Below are positions 1 through 11,793 of a stretch of 64,000 bases of DNA, one piece after another (position 1 is the first letter of the stretch; every line of letters begins with the position of its first letter). Made by a program: the position numbers and the translations under genes. This stretch comes from Penicillus capitatus (Eukaryota > Plantae > Chlorophyta). Location: assembly GCA_965649825.1 (NCBI GenBank), contig OZ287695.1:806001-870000 (forward strand), read 5' to 3'. The notes below the pieces were generated by a model. The model was given only the letters and a program-made list of their open reading frames with translations, did no database searches and was not told where the DNA came from.

Positions 1-681
1 CTCAAGGCGTCGCGGTAGAAGGGTCAGTGCTCGACGCATGATGCGTTTGTCGTTGCACGCCGCGTGGCATGTCAATGGCGCTGACAAAAAGAAACGTCAC
101 GTTTACGTCATAACAAAGATTCGCTGTTCGACAGACCCGACGTTGTGGTCCGTCATTTCGATCATCTGCAGCGAAACGTCCTGTTCGAACGGAAGAAACG
201 CCGACGTTGTCAATGCCCATGGTGCGATGGCCGTCTGCCAAAGAGAGCCGTCGCCGTCACGTTGTCGCCTATGCGAACGTCCGATGTCTCGAGCACAGGT
301 AGCTAGCCGCCTTCTCGCTAGACCATTCGGTATTCTAATATGAAACGCCGAGGGGAGGAGCACCCGAGACGTACAACGATTGCCGTAGATGGACTCGTAC
401 CTTTCATTGTCGGATATTTTTTGAGCAAGGTATGGATAGGTCTTGCACTGCTGTATCAGAATCTGTCCAGTGGACTGCTGTCCTCGCCAAGGCGTGTGCA
501 AGATTTGAGCCACGGCTGGACAGAGTTCGATTGTCGCATTCGATGGCCGACAAGTGAGACATGAGATATTCTGGCGGGGTCATTCACTGGCGATGATTTC
601 CGACGAAGCAACGCATGTGCTGGATGTCTGTACCTTCGGATGACAGCAAGGACAGTACCTTGTGAGCAAAAATGCACCCCC

Positions 682-701
682 TTCGTTCGTTCGTTCGTTC
701 G
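682..701. repeat. (TTCG)5 microsatellite
   Basis: Five perfect TTCG units read directly from the sequence. Confidence 0.9.
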
Positions 702-1775
702 TTTTCCACATCATACCACCCAGCTGCGCCTGATGATCGCCCTCAGTCGATGCCCAGACAAGTGATCATCGTTTCTGGATCGGCAGAGAACGAGATAGAA
801 GTGGAAGAACGCAGAAAGACGTCGGAAGATTCGATAGAGTGCGTGCAGGGATGGATGCTTTTTTGACAAGGAGGACACAAAGTTGGGCACTGATTACTCT
901 TAAAAAATCATGGTCCAGACAGTCAGTGATCACATGTGACACTATGGACAGTTACACCAACCACCTTCCGTTATTGGACCGAATATCGAACCCGTAACGG
1001 ATCGCGTACGTAAAGAGACGACCAAAAGAGATAGATGCATTGAAGCAGCTTTTTTTCTTTTCTGTGACTTACAAGATTCGTGCTTATTTCTGTCATTTCT
1101 GACAGAAAACGACGAAAAACCCTATGCCTTGGTTCAGAAGACAATTTTGATGTAGAAAAAAAGCTGAGAGAATAGACAACAATGAACGGGACTAACAGAA
1201 CCGGTAAGTGTCGGTGTATATGCAGTACCTTAGTCCACAAGACAATACCCCCCACATACAGACCCCATGTAACCCCCACACACAATCCACAGCATGAGGC
1301 GCCTACAGTCATTCAGGCAGTCAAAGACTCGTCGCAGCTGGTCATTAACTTAGATGAATGCGTAGACACAACAGCAGGAAATCTGGAAGACACACATACT
1401 AGAAAAAAGGCTTATCTTCGGACGCTTCGTACAAGAGGCTGGACTGTCCGTCCTCGGCAAAGGATGTTCATCCAAGCCTTCTTGTATGACGATAAGAGAG
1501 AGATACAACAACGACCACATAAACTTTATGCCCTATAGAATGACGAAACGGGCAAACAACACGAAGACAGCATCGAACAATCTTTAGTTTCGAGGAAATA
1601 TCAATCAACTCGTTCTTTGAACCTCAACCCCGACCATTACTACCGCGATGAACTGTAAACTCATGCTTTCCTTGAACTTGATCGGTTATGTGAGATAAAC
1701 GAAATCAGCCAAAATCAGAAACGAGAGCCCTCATCGGTGGCTAAGTTATTACTCGCAACGGTATGGGGTCTTCTT

Positions 1776-2970
1776 TTAGGTTCTTCTAGGCTTCTCGCCT
1801 TCTCTGTAACATCCGAAGTAACGCATAGTCTCTTCACTCAGAGGGCAAGGTGGCCATGGCTTGTCATTAAGGATCTTCTCGAATTCTTTCGTCAGACGGT
1901 AAGGGCCTCTATCGCGTTTAATCAGGTTGTCTATTTCTTCTAATGCACATGAGGTCTTTGTATAGTAATAAATGATACCTGACAGCACAACCAAATGATC
2001 ATCTAGGAAGCATGTATGAGGGATGCTGCCTACCTGGAAGTAACAGCTGGATCTCTAAGGTCTTGCTACTGGCAGATGTCGAATGTGAACAACGATAAAG
2101 CGGAGAATTCTGCGTCCTGCTGTACAATTTCTCGCCCACCAGTTCTCGCAGCAAATTTCGAGCTTCTCTGTTGTTAATGCTACTGTTCATGATCCAACCG
2201 GTTCCGGCGAGTAGTTTTCTGATTAGCGTCCGCAGGGCCATAGTGCCTCCAGTTGTATTTGCCGTGGCCTTCAGTTACACAGCACCTCAGCATGCCATTA
2301 AGATAGTGCTACAGGGTATGACCTTTGAAAGTGCAGGAGGAGGGTTGAGTTTCGGGCGATTCTGCGGTCGCGGATGCCGTGGGCGTCGATGTCTGGAAAC
2401 ACTACCGCGACTAGACTCAAAATTTGGCGACGGTGGAACACGGGGTCTCGCATCCTCGGGTGAAAGCATCTCTGGTGAGGGTACAGCGACAGCTTGGAGA
2501 GGCGAACACGGAAAACTATCCAGCGGATTTAACAGCGGCGACGAATGTTGTTCGGATAGAGCGTGCACAGCGTCACTTTCTTGGTGGTACACAAGTCTGA
2601 GGAAATGCCCAATGTCTTCATTTGTAAAACCAGACGTCTCGCTGACGCATTCGATGTTCCCTGGCCAATGTCCGTCGAAGGAAAGTCCGTCGGAGGGAGC
2701 AAAAAGTGGCGACGCGTTCGATTTGACATCCATAGGGAAACCGCCGCCCGCGTGTCTTTGTGCCGTAACTGGATACACAGCTGCGCCAGAGGGCTTCCCA
2801 GCCAAAGCTTCTTCGGAGTGTGTGGAAAGCAATGCATCTCCACCAGGATTCCCACAGTAAGGCATATAGTGCCAGACAAGGTCGTCTTCATCGCCATCAC
2901 CCCACAGACAGCCGTGGTGAGGCGATGCAGACAACGTTCTAATGCTGTCGGAAAACGTTGTGGAGAACAT
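1776..2970 (-). CDS. Hypothetical protein P1: low-complexity acidic/Ser-Pro N-terminus, basic linker and a conserved orphan C-terminal domain (paralog of 54936-56149)
   Basis: Three exons, 2970-2323, 2268-2034 and 1978-1776, with GT-AG introns of 54 and 55 nt join in frame. The C-terminal ~135 aa align by eye with the gene at 54936 (LRT..RKLLAG.GWIM.SSIN; DN.I.RD.GPY; PWPP; Y.GCY.EG) and both intron phases match. Confidence 0.8.
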
Positions 2971-3132
2971 TTGGGTTCCTGAAGTCAATAGCTTCTAGAG
3001 ACTCTGTCATAGCAAAGGAGGTTACTCACGTGTGAATCCAGATGCAAAGAACCTTAGCAGTTGGAATGAGGTCTGACACAAAGTAGCGTTGAGACACGAG
3101 AGAGCTGATGGCACTGGCATCTCGCCAGCGAT

Positions 3133-5150
3133 TTAAATCACTACTGAGTCGTCTGTAGACACGTGTGTCTTCCGAAACAAAGTGAGAACACCACGCAAAG
3201 GTCCAACTCGGTTCCACAGAACTTCCCAGGGAGGTCCTCGGAAATGCAAGACGTAACGTTCGAGGCAGTAGCGAGGAAACTTTAGCTTCTGTAATTTTCT
3301 ATGAATTTGCTGGTAAGGCGACAGCAAGTGCCGTCGACGGCGGCGGGGTCCAGCTACTTTCCTACTGTCCGTCGACGAAAAAGGGCCAGTACAGCTGCAA
3401 GTCACCTGCCGATGTCCCGAGCCGGGAACGTTGACGGCACCTGGTCGGAGGGAAGCCGATGCCTTGGCGAAGGTGTAAAGAAGTATGCTTTCGAATTATC
3501 TTCCACAATAGCAGCCTCGACGACGGAGTGTCCTCTATCCGACCAAACGAACTGTCTATCTTGCGAAGGCGCTTAAGGGTTTGCGCATGGTGCTGTCTAA
3601 CCGGCTTTTGCATGCTCCAGTCGTTACAGCAACGCCTTGTGCTGAGCCTATTGAGACTTGGCGTGCACGAGAAGCCCCTTTCAAGAGTTGCTGTCAGGAT
3701 TCCCCGTTGAAACATCGAGTTCTCGCTTCATCACACTCATAGATGCACGCCGTTTCGAGAATCGACCATGCATGGTATGCGATGCTGTGGATGGTCGACA
3801 GACGTTCGTCGTCACGCGCGGTCGAGCGCAAGGAGGCCTGGTCAGTCGACAGCCGAAAAAAGGCAACGTGGCCGAGTCGAATCAAGCACGCAGCGATAAT
3901 GAAGAGACGGACGAGTGGAATCATCATGCGCGTGTTCAGCAAGCGCAAGAAGATGTTTTCTGCTGAGCACAAGACAGCTGAAGCGTAGAAGTGTTGGCTA
4001 TTTGTCCGAGGGTATGAAGCATCGGCCTTACGACGGGCGCCGCTACGGATTTCTTTTGGAGAATGGCGATGATCGTCGTCGAGCCTGCTCACGTCGCACC
4101 ATTCTTGCCGAATTCTTACAGCACCGGCGCTCAACGGCGTCGTCGACAGTATGTATTGCGGCGCTTCGCTTGATGGTGTCTTGTTTGGCACCTGGTCGTG
4201 GAAAGTCTGGCAATAACCGGTTTTCGGTTCTATGCAGCATCACGCGGTTGGTAGGTTCATCCACCCTTCACCGCGGCCATCGGTCCGCAAGAACGTGATG
4301 CTGTCGGCGTTTTCCTAACGACAAAAAGAGCGTTGTCTTTAAACACGGCAAGGTTACAGGTGACGCCGAACGACAAGCATTCGCGAAGGATGGGTAACAG
4401 GCATCGGACCTTCTCCCCGTACAACAAGAAGCCGAATCGACGGATGGCTGTCGAATGGAGAAGGGCAATGTTCACCTAGGCAGCAGGATAGACGCAGTTT
4501 TCTTTATGTCACCTCAAGTGCTGCAGCATCGGATTTCTGACAGAGGTATCTATCGGAATCCCAATCCACCGAATGGTGTTCAAGCATGTTGTCCATCGCC
4601 ATGTCCCTTTTGTAGCTAAGGAACAGGGTTTGGTTGCCGTGGCGCATCTGAAGTGGGTCAGAGCATCGGCTTCGAATGGGAGTCATCTCCCAAAGGGAGT
4701 CGAATCTTCGGTCATGAAGGGACGTCGAGCGGTAGCGAAAAGTGTGGTTATGTCACACTTTGGTCATTGAAGTGCCGAATGCCAGCTGTGCATTCCTGTG
4801 AGAAAGAGGAAGAATGGTTTCCACGACGAAGATGAATGCAGCGTGATCGAAAGCTTCTCTCTGGGCTTCGAAAAATGGATGCATCTAATGATGATGGATG
4901 GAATGGCATTTTGGATTCGAGATCGATCCACATACTCTTCTGCAAAGCATCGCTCCTGATGCGGGGGCCGACTCTAGGGACGCGTCGACGAACGACAAAT
5001 AACTTGTCTGCCGACAACAGCATGCATTTGCTGGACACATGGAGGAGTTATGCCATAGACCGTCGATCAGTTCGAATGGCCTGGACGTTTTACCGGAGCC
5101 AAAACGTTCGATTTGCACGTTTGCGCGCTATCCTGCGCAAACGTTAAGAA
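3133..5150 (-). CDS. Probable multi-exon hypothetical gene; exon structure unresolved
   Basis: Chain of protein-like minus-strand ORF segments (3133-3405, 3362-3715, 3694-4191, 4257-4475, 4504-4686, 4748-5038) separated by intron-like GT..AG stretches. No family recognised and no complete model could be closed. Confidence 0.3.
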
Positions 5151-5328
5151 AAAGGTCAGTGCTGACGGCCTTAAGTCGGATGCTTCTCGTCCGGGCTAAG
5201 CCGTGGCCCATGTCTCAATGCCGACGTGACAGCACGTTTTGTATGGCTACGAGTACACCTTCATCTATCTACCTCTGGCGGCACCATGCCGCGGTACGCC
5301 TCATCTCCTCTTGCCTTTTTGTTACTTA

Positions 5329-5790
5329 GGTCTCCAAGGCAGACAGTCGTCCACTTCTCGAAGATCTTGTCTTGCCCGAGGGCTATCCGTTCGAGAGATA
5401 CGTCGTTCGCACGGCCGATGGCTACAATCTCGGTCTCTATCGCATACCGCACGGTCTCTACAATGCCGACGCCTTTCCGAACACGAAACGATCTGTCGTC
5501 TATCTCCAACACGGTCTCCTCGACACCAGCGCCGCCTTCCTCATGAATGGGGCATCCGGCAGTCTGGCCTTCATTCTCGCGGACGCCGGATTCGACGTCT
5601 GGTTGGGGAACTCGAGGGGAAACACTTTCAGCGATATGTCTCTTCAGACGAACATGGACCACGAGGAGTTTTGGAACTACTCCATGGATGAGCTGGTCAA
5701 GTACGACCTCCCGGCGTTGCTGCAGCATGTTCTTGATGTGACGGGAGCTTCAATTTTGGCGTATATGTTGCCCACTCACTCCCAATGGAC
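5329..5790 (+). pseudogene. Truncated inverted copy of the 5' half of the lipase gene at 15992-17239
   Basis: 5329-5747 is colinear (419 nt, no indels, few substitutions) with 17192-16774. An in-frame TAG sits just before the copied segment, so the signal peptide is missing. The GHSQG nucleophile motif is broken by small insertions around 5765-5790, after which homology ends. Confidence 0.85.
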
Positions 5791-6555
5791 GAGGCATGCA
5801 ACGATTTTGAAAACGCCTCTCTTCTAGGATTCTTGCCGGCTACTTTTCGAGACCTGGTATGCACCACTAGTAGATTTGATGCATGGTATGGACACGGATG
5901 AAAGGATTTCCTAGAGGGGCTACTTAGAATAATATTAGGGTGTTGTAACAGACTCAGGCAGTTAATTCCATAACCTAAGGAACACGTTCTCTTCTCGCCT
6001 CTTCAAGTCTGGTGGTTCGTTTCACATGTTGTTTGTAGAGTGGTTGGATATCGGATGCTATCGGGCACGTTGGAGTGCATACCTCGAACGGACCTTTTGT
6101 TGAAAGATCGCTGACTTTTGGAAATTACTACGCTTCTACCTTTCAATTCTCTTCTACTGGAGATTGCAAGGGGATAGCCGATACCTTTGGCTTGCAGTAC
6201 TTAACCAATCACCAAAAAGTGTGACGATTAAGTGCGAATCCGCCATCTGTCAGATCTCTCGTTGTTGCATTCATCAAGGTGTGCGCTGTGTTTGTTACAA
6301 ACTGTTTGACCGCGTCTCAACGGCAACTGAAAACGAACTGGACACTGGTGAAAGGTCATACAACATGGAGAGAATCGTCAAAGGTTTCGTACGAAACACA
6401 CAAATTACAGCCTCCAGAAGTGTGACATCCATTTGCACGATCAAACTTCTCAGATGCATTGACGCCCATCCATCCTTCCATGCGCGATCGTGAAATGCGT
6501 CTCACACCCAGTACGTGTCTTGTACTGTCCGTTCCCTGAAGGAGTCGTGCATGGC

Positions 6556-6743
6556 TTAGCTGTACTTTTTATTGAGATACTTCAGAAGCTGTTTGGCTTT
6601 CTAAACACAGGAACAAGATTTCACCGCGGTGCGTGAGGTAGTGGATCGCATACCTTGAGCATAAAGCTGTGCAGAAACCATCCGACGACAACGCCGGCGG
6701 CAAAAGAGACTCCGGCAACCTTTGCCGTCTGCGAGTTCTCCAT
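6556..6743 (-). CDS. 44-aa single-pass membrane microprotein MENSQTAKVAGVSFAAGVVVGWFLHSFMLKKAKQLLKYLNKKYS
   Basis: Exon 1 is 6743-6654 (ATG, 30 codons), then a 53-nt GTATGC..TTTAG intron, then exon 2 6600-6556 ending in TAA. One hydrophobic helix is followed by a basic tail. Confidence 0.65.
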
Positions 6744-7317
6744 CAGCGTGTGGACAAATGCAAAGTTCTTCAGCGGAAGGGCGACATCATCGGGTCTCCG
6801 CGGCATGTGCTGTCGCTCACAATTGATGTGACATGGATCAGTGGACATCCAGATAATCGCCTCGAGAAGGGCAATAGAACCGAACGCATTTCCACCGGGT
6901 TTCGGATCGCCGACCTTTTTGCGTCTTCTCTTTCTCCTCGTTGAGCAGTCGACAGCGTTCACATGTTCCTTGTCTTCACGACATAGAGTGCCTCGGGGAC
7001 TTATTTACATGAAACGGAATGCGAGGTCGGTCGTCTATTGTTTGTGTCTCTACGTGACACGATGTGTCTCAGTGACGAGCCGTGCTGTCCCTTCTCGAGA
7101 ACTGTGTCTGACATACTCTTTTGTCTGTTACTCGGTCGACAGCTCGGGTGACATAGCAAAGTAGACAGGCATGCTCTCGCGTCTGGCAGATCTGACGAGG
7201 TGCGTTATGTGGCTTTGCTGTGACCTTGTGCGTGTTATTGGACAAGAGACGTCGAACAAGATCGACGCGCTGAAACTGAATCGTCGTATATGGTCCACAC
7301 GGACGCGACCCGTCGTC

Positions 7318-7348
7318 GATGGTTATACCTTTGAACTTAATAACCATC
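7318..7348. promoter_or_regulatory. 9-bp inverted repeat GATGGTTAT-N13-ATAACCATC upstream of gene A
   Basis: Perfect 9-bp arms 77 nt upstream of ATG 7426; the same arms occur upstream of gene B. Function is unproven. Confidence 0.4.
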
Positions 7349-7425
7349 TATCTACCCAGAAAGAATAGTCATTGAGCTCTTCGATTTCCAGGCGGCAATT
7401 GACATTGGCGTAATCGGAGACGGAC

Positions 7426-9940
7426 ATGGGTAAGACAGAAGTGCGTCGAATAATGCTGCGAATACTCGTGTTGGCACTCGTGCTTCATTCACACTCGTCT
7501 CTTGCTAAAAGTAAGCGCTGACAAATCCGGTTGTCCACGCATCTTAACGGTTGGACGCGAGGCAAACGGACACGCGTGTGTTTAGAGACGAAGAGCAAGA
7601 AGAAAGAGTTTATAAAAACAGAAGCCAAAATCAGTGTAAGACACGCCTGTACGTTGTCGACTGGCATTTCACGAATCGCAGGGAGGTGACGAGGCAGAGA
7701 AAGGCCGGTTTCCGTATGCGTGCAGATTGCGGGACCCTGAAAAGGAAGCGGATTTTTGCAGTGGCATTTTGATTCATCCGCTTTGGGTCGTCTCCGCGGC
7801 GCACTGTTTTGAGGAATCAAGACAACCACATCTCAAGGATGATGCAACAGTTCACTGCGGGATTCACAGTATCAAAGACATCAAATCTGAAAATGTGTGA
7901 CAACGGTTCTTTGCTGCTACTAGTGTCGAGACAGTGTCTGTGCCTAGACGTTCAGCATCGTGGATATAAGGATCTATGAAGGTTGGGACGGTGACTATTG
8001 GAACGGTGGCGATATCGTCATGATCAAGCTCGACAGAGAAGCAGAGTTGAGTTTGCCGAAATGGAATGACGATCCTGATAGTCTTGGACAAGGACTCGAA
8101 CTCATCGCCCTCGGTTGGGGGAAAAGGGGCAAATCGGCAGCTCCGCATACACTGCACATGACAAAGACAGTAGATTACGTAGCATTCAAACAATGCTCGA
8201 AGATATGGGACCAATCGTCCAAAGGAGATCCAAGACAGTTGCCTCTTGGAGTGCTTTGCGCTGGCGATGGTAGCTCAGATACGTGCAAAGGTCTGACCCA
8301 TGCCGCTACCAACTTATGATTTGTCGATCTGCCGACATAGGCGATTCTGGCGGTCCACTGATCTTGGCAAACAAACAAGGAGGCGAGATCAAGGATGGAG
8401 AAGCTTCTTTAGACGTCATCTATGGACTGACATCGTTTGGGCAAGAAAAATGCGGAGAGGAAACTGTGCCGAGCATGTACACCGACTTCGTTCCGTATGC
8501 GGAGTAGAAAGACGCATGTTATCAATTGAAGCGGATATCAGATTGTTGTTTCCTTCCAGGTGGATTCGAAACGTCACGGAAGGGCTCCCTACAAGGGAAA
8601 TCGATTTCTCTCCTGGCGAGACGGGCAGGAAGGAAAAACCGCCTTTAACTAACTCACCGTCTTCAGAAACTAAAGAAAGTACTCTGAATCATCGAAGTAC
8701 TCTTTTTAGCCTTATTTCCGCGTTGAAACAGCAAAGGGCGTTGAAGGGCCATGTCTGATCGAATTGCCGCAAAATCAAGCAGATCTCCCAAAGGTGTGTT
8801 CGTTCGCACGCAGCAGAAGAATGCAGAAGTGACTGACTCCCTTGTTGTAGGCAATGGTGGATGTTCTGAGAAAAGACGACGTTGCCTGTGCTCAGGCTAT
8901 CTTGGACGCGGGACTGGATCCAAATACGAAGTACAACTCTGCCAGCTTCAAGGATGCTGAACTGGACGATCCCTTGCTGCACTGGGCAGCGCGGTTCAAC
9001 GCCGCCAAATGCGCCGAGGTGTGACATTGTCATTTCAATGAGACGTCATGTCACACAACTGAGTTTCCTGTTTTCTAGCTGCTGTTGGAGAATGGAAGCG
9101 AAATCGAAGCGGTCAACCAGTGGTTTGAAACGGCGATGTTCTACTGTGCGAAATACGGAGGACCCGAAGTGACACAAGTAAGGCATTCGAGATGGCCTCG
9201 CCTCGCGTCGTCTCCAGCATTCAATTCGATATGAGCGTATAAAGTGGATTGATTCTCTGAAGTTCTCGTTTCCCTGAAGAGCCTTCGGGAACCGTCTTCC
9301 TCACCTTCATCTCCATTGTGTTCAGGTGCTGGTCGACAACGACGCCTTCGTGTCCGCGCGAGACGCGTGGGGAGAAAGCCCATTGATCGAAGCTTCTTGG
9401 AATGGAGAGTTGGAGATTGTCAAGGTAAGACTCGAACGTCCTGTTCTGCAGAAGACAGAGCAGTCATCAGCAGAAAAGCAACACTTTTCTTTTTTCAAAG
9501 ATCCTGCTCGATAACGGAGCCGAAGTGAGTCCGACAGACACATGGTTGGATACGCCTCTGCACGAAGCGGCATGGCAAGGACATGCAGAAATCGCAAAAG
9601 TACGTCTCTGACGGCAGCGATAGTGATGTTCATTGATATCTGATGCGCATCTTTTGTTGTCTTAGGAACTTCTCGACTACGAGGCCGACATCGACGCTGT
9701 CGACGCCACAGGAGAAACGCCTTTGTTCAACGCGTGCGTCAATGGGCATTTGGACGTCGTGGAGGTATGACGCTGGTTCTTCGGCTTTGCAATTGAAACG
9801 TTCTTCAGTTGCTGGTCGCAGCGGGAGCCGACAAAACGATAGCCAACAACAAAGACGAACTGCCATTCACCGTGGCCTGCACGTTACTCAGCTGCTCGCC
9901 GACAAAGAAATCAGAGATTCAGCGACTCGTTTCGCCGTGA
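7426..9940 (+). CDS. Secreted trypsin-like (S1A) serine protease-ankyrin repeat fusion, gene A (13 exons)
   Basis: Signal peptide MGKTEVRRIMLRILVLALVLHSHSSLA; activation site EAK|ISGG; triad motifs VSAAHC, GDIVMIKL and DTCKGDSGGP (Asp189). Four 99-nt ankyrin exons (9079-9177, 9326-9424, 9501-9599, 9666-9764) plus N- and C-cap exons. All introns are GT-AG and in frame to TGA at 9938-9940. Confidence 0.92.
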
Positions 9941-11168
9941 GCGTGCTCTTAGCTTTCTTACCGCAATCTGAGTCGCTAGTCCTATTCATTCCCGTCGCAC
10001 TCAAACGTCCATACTTCCACACGATTCTTCTCTCTAAGGCTACTTTTGTTTTTGTATTTTGTTAAGTAATCAACAGACATTGGAGAACCTACTGCTCTAA
10101 GATGGGCGCGAGATCCTAGCATTGATGGTTCATGAAGGAATCCAGACTTGTGCCTTTGCGCCACAACTGAGTGCTTTGTACTAAGTCTGCGTGTTTCTTC
10201 TGAGCTGAATCATGTTTACATTGCGTCAAATTGTTTACTCATTCCCCAAACAATGGCATTTATCTCTTTCCGTCTTGAAGGATGATCGTTGTTAAGAGAG
10301 TTTCGCGACGGGCAGACACCAAAGACTTACCCCTTATGGACGACGTACCTAACCACTCCTGCCCCTTCGAGAGAACGCTCTGTGCCATGCCTCCGTATCG
10401 CGCATCGAAGTCGTTCGACATACGACCCCTATGAACGGTTTACCGCCTCTTCCCTCCATGACCCTTAACACGACGACAAGGACCCTTCCTTCCCAGAGAA
10501 GCTTGTTGCTTACCTCAGTGCGATGCGTATCGAAGAAAAAGCAAAGAGATGCTACGAAGACTACGCATCTATCGCCGGCGGCGGTAGATGGTGCTTCAGT
10601 TGCTCGCTTGACGGGTCGAGCACCCAGGCAGAGTCACTGTGTGGATGCCATTTCAGTATTGCTCAGCAGACTGCTCGGTTCATGTCCAGTCTTACCCAGC
10701 TTGAAGATGGCAACCGCTGAAAAACCGTTCAGGCACTACAGACAAACGTGGACCTCTCGTTGTTAAGCTTCTATCTTCAGGGACCATTCAGGATGCAAGG
10801 CTGCTCATCGGTCCAAAGATGGGCGGTTGTGTCCGTTCATGAGCTGACAAGACAGGTGACCGAGCCACCAGCCCGCGCCAACCTTTAAAATCTGCTGAGC
10901 TTCCAAATTGGCTTCCACAGCAGAAACCCCCGCCCATGCCTCAGATTCTGCTTCTGAAGACTGCTCTCCGTTCGACCTGATACAGAAAAGCCATTCTTAC
11001 TTACCATCGCGTTGCGGTTTTCTGGTTGTGGATCTTTCTAGATGTCTGACGTCAACAGACGTGACGTTCCAGTCGTTTACGTTATTTAAACCTCAAACGA
11101 CGGCGCGCTCAAACACCTCCGTTGATTTTTGTTCGCCTGCATTTCAGAGAACAACCGTTGTTAGCAAA

Positions 11169-11793
11169 ATGGCCGTTCTTCGTCTCCGCACTGCCCTTTC
11201 CGTTCCGGCGACACTTTTCCTCGTCTTGATCTCTTCCGCCGCGGCGCTCCCGACGCGCCGTTTGCATTACGTCGAGACGGAAGGAGAATATGATGGTAAC
11301 GGTATTCGACTTTTTCTACTGTGTGCGAGGCTTTGTGGCGACAGGCGTCAGCCTCGGTGATTTTGCCGATTCGGCCGCGGACGCTGCCGCCTCTGCTAAT
11401 GGTTTTGCAATGGCGGGCGCGGCCACGTCGACATGGAAGAAGTCCGTACACGTCACAGCACATAACGACATCATTCAGGACAGCGATGAAAAGCCCGTAG
11501 ACTCTTTCGAAGGAGAGTTTGTTAGCACGGGTCCGAGTAAATCAATAAAGTTCAAAAGGGTGGTACCCGACACGGAAGATAAGGGCGATTGCATCGGCAA
11601 ACCGAAGCAGTACTACGCGGAAGAAGCGAAGGATGGACAACATTGCTGGGAATATGTCGAGACTTCGGGAGATGTCAGCACAGGCAACAAGATCGTTCAG
11701 TGTTGGCCCGGGGAAATTTCCAAAGCAAAATGCAACGCCCTGAAGTGTGTCTATCTTGACAAGATAGAAGGAACTTGCTGGGGCCTCCAATGA
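11169..11793 (+). CDS. Secreted protein with an Ala-rich segment and a 6-Cys C-terminal domain, unknown family
   Basis: Signal peptide MAVLRLRTALSVPATLFLVLISSAAA. One phase-1 intron ending at 11344 joins it to the 11290-11793 ORF, which has six Cys in the last ~70 aa. Confidence 0.8.

Larger units (their letters stand above)
7295..10085 (+). repeat. Segmental duplication copy 1 (direct repeat of ~22270-25100) containing trypsin-ankyrin gene A and its promoter
   Basis: Near-identical exons, introns and upstream region about 15 kb apart. Similarity decays in the last exon and 3' flank. Confidence 0.95.

Noticed and set aside
1-866. Overlapping ORFs on both strands and an intron-like (TTCG)n segment before ORF 672-866
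   Set aside because: No splice model gave a continuous frame and no motif was recognised, so strand and product cannot be supported.
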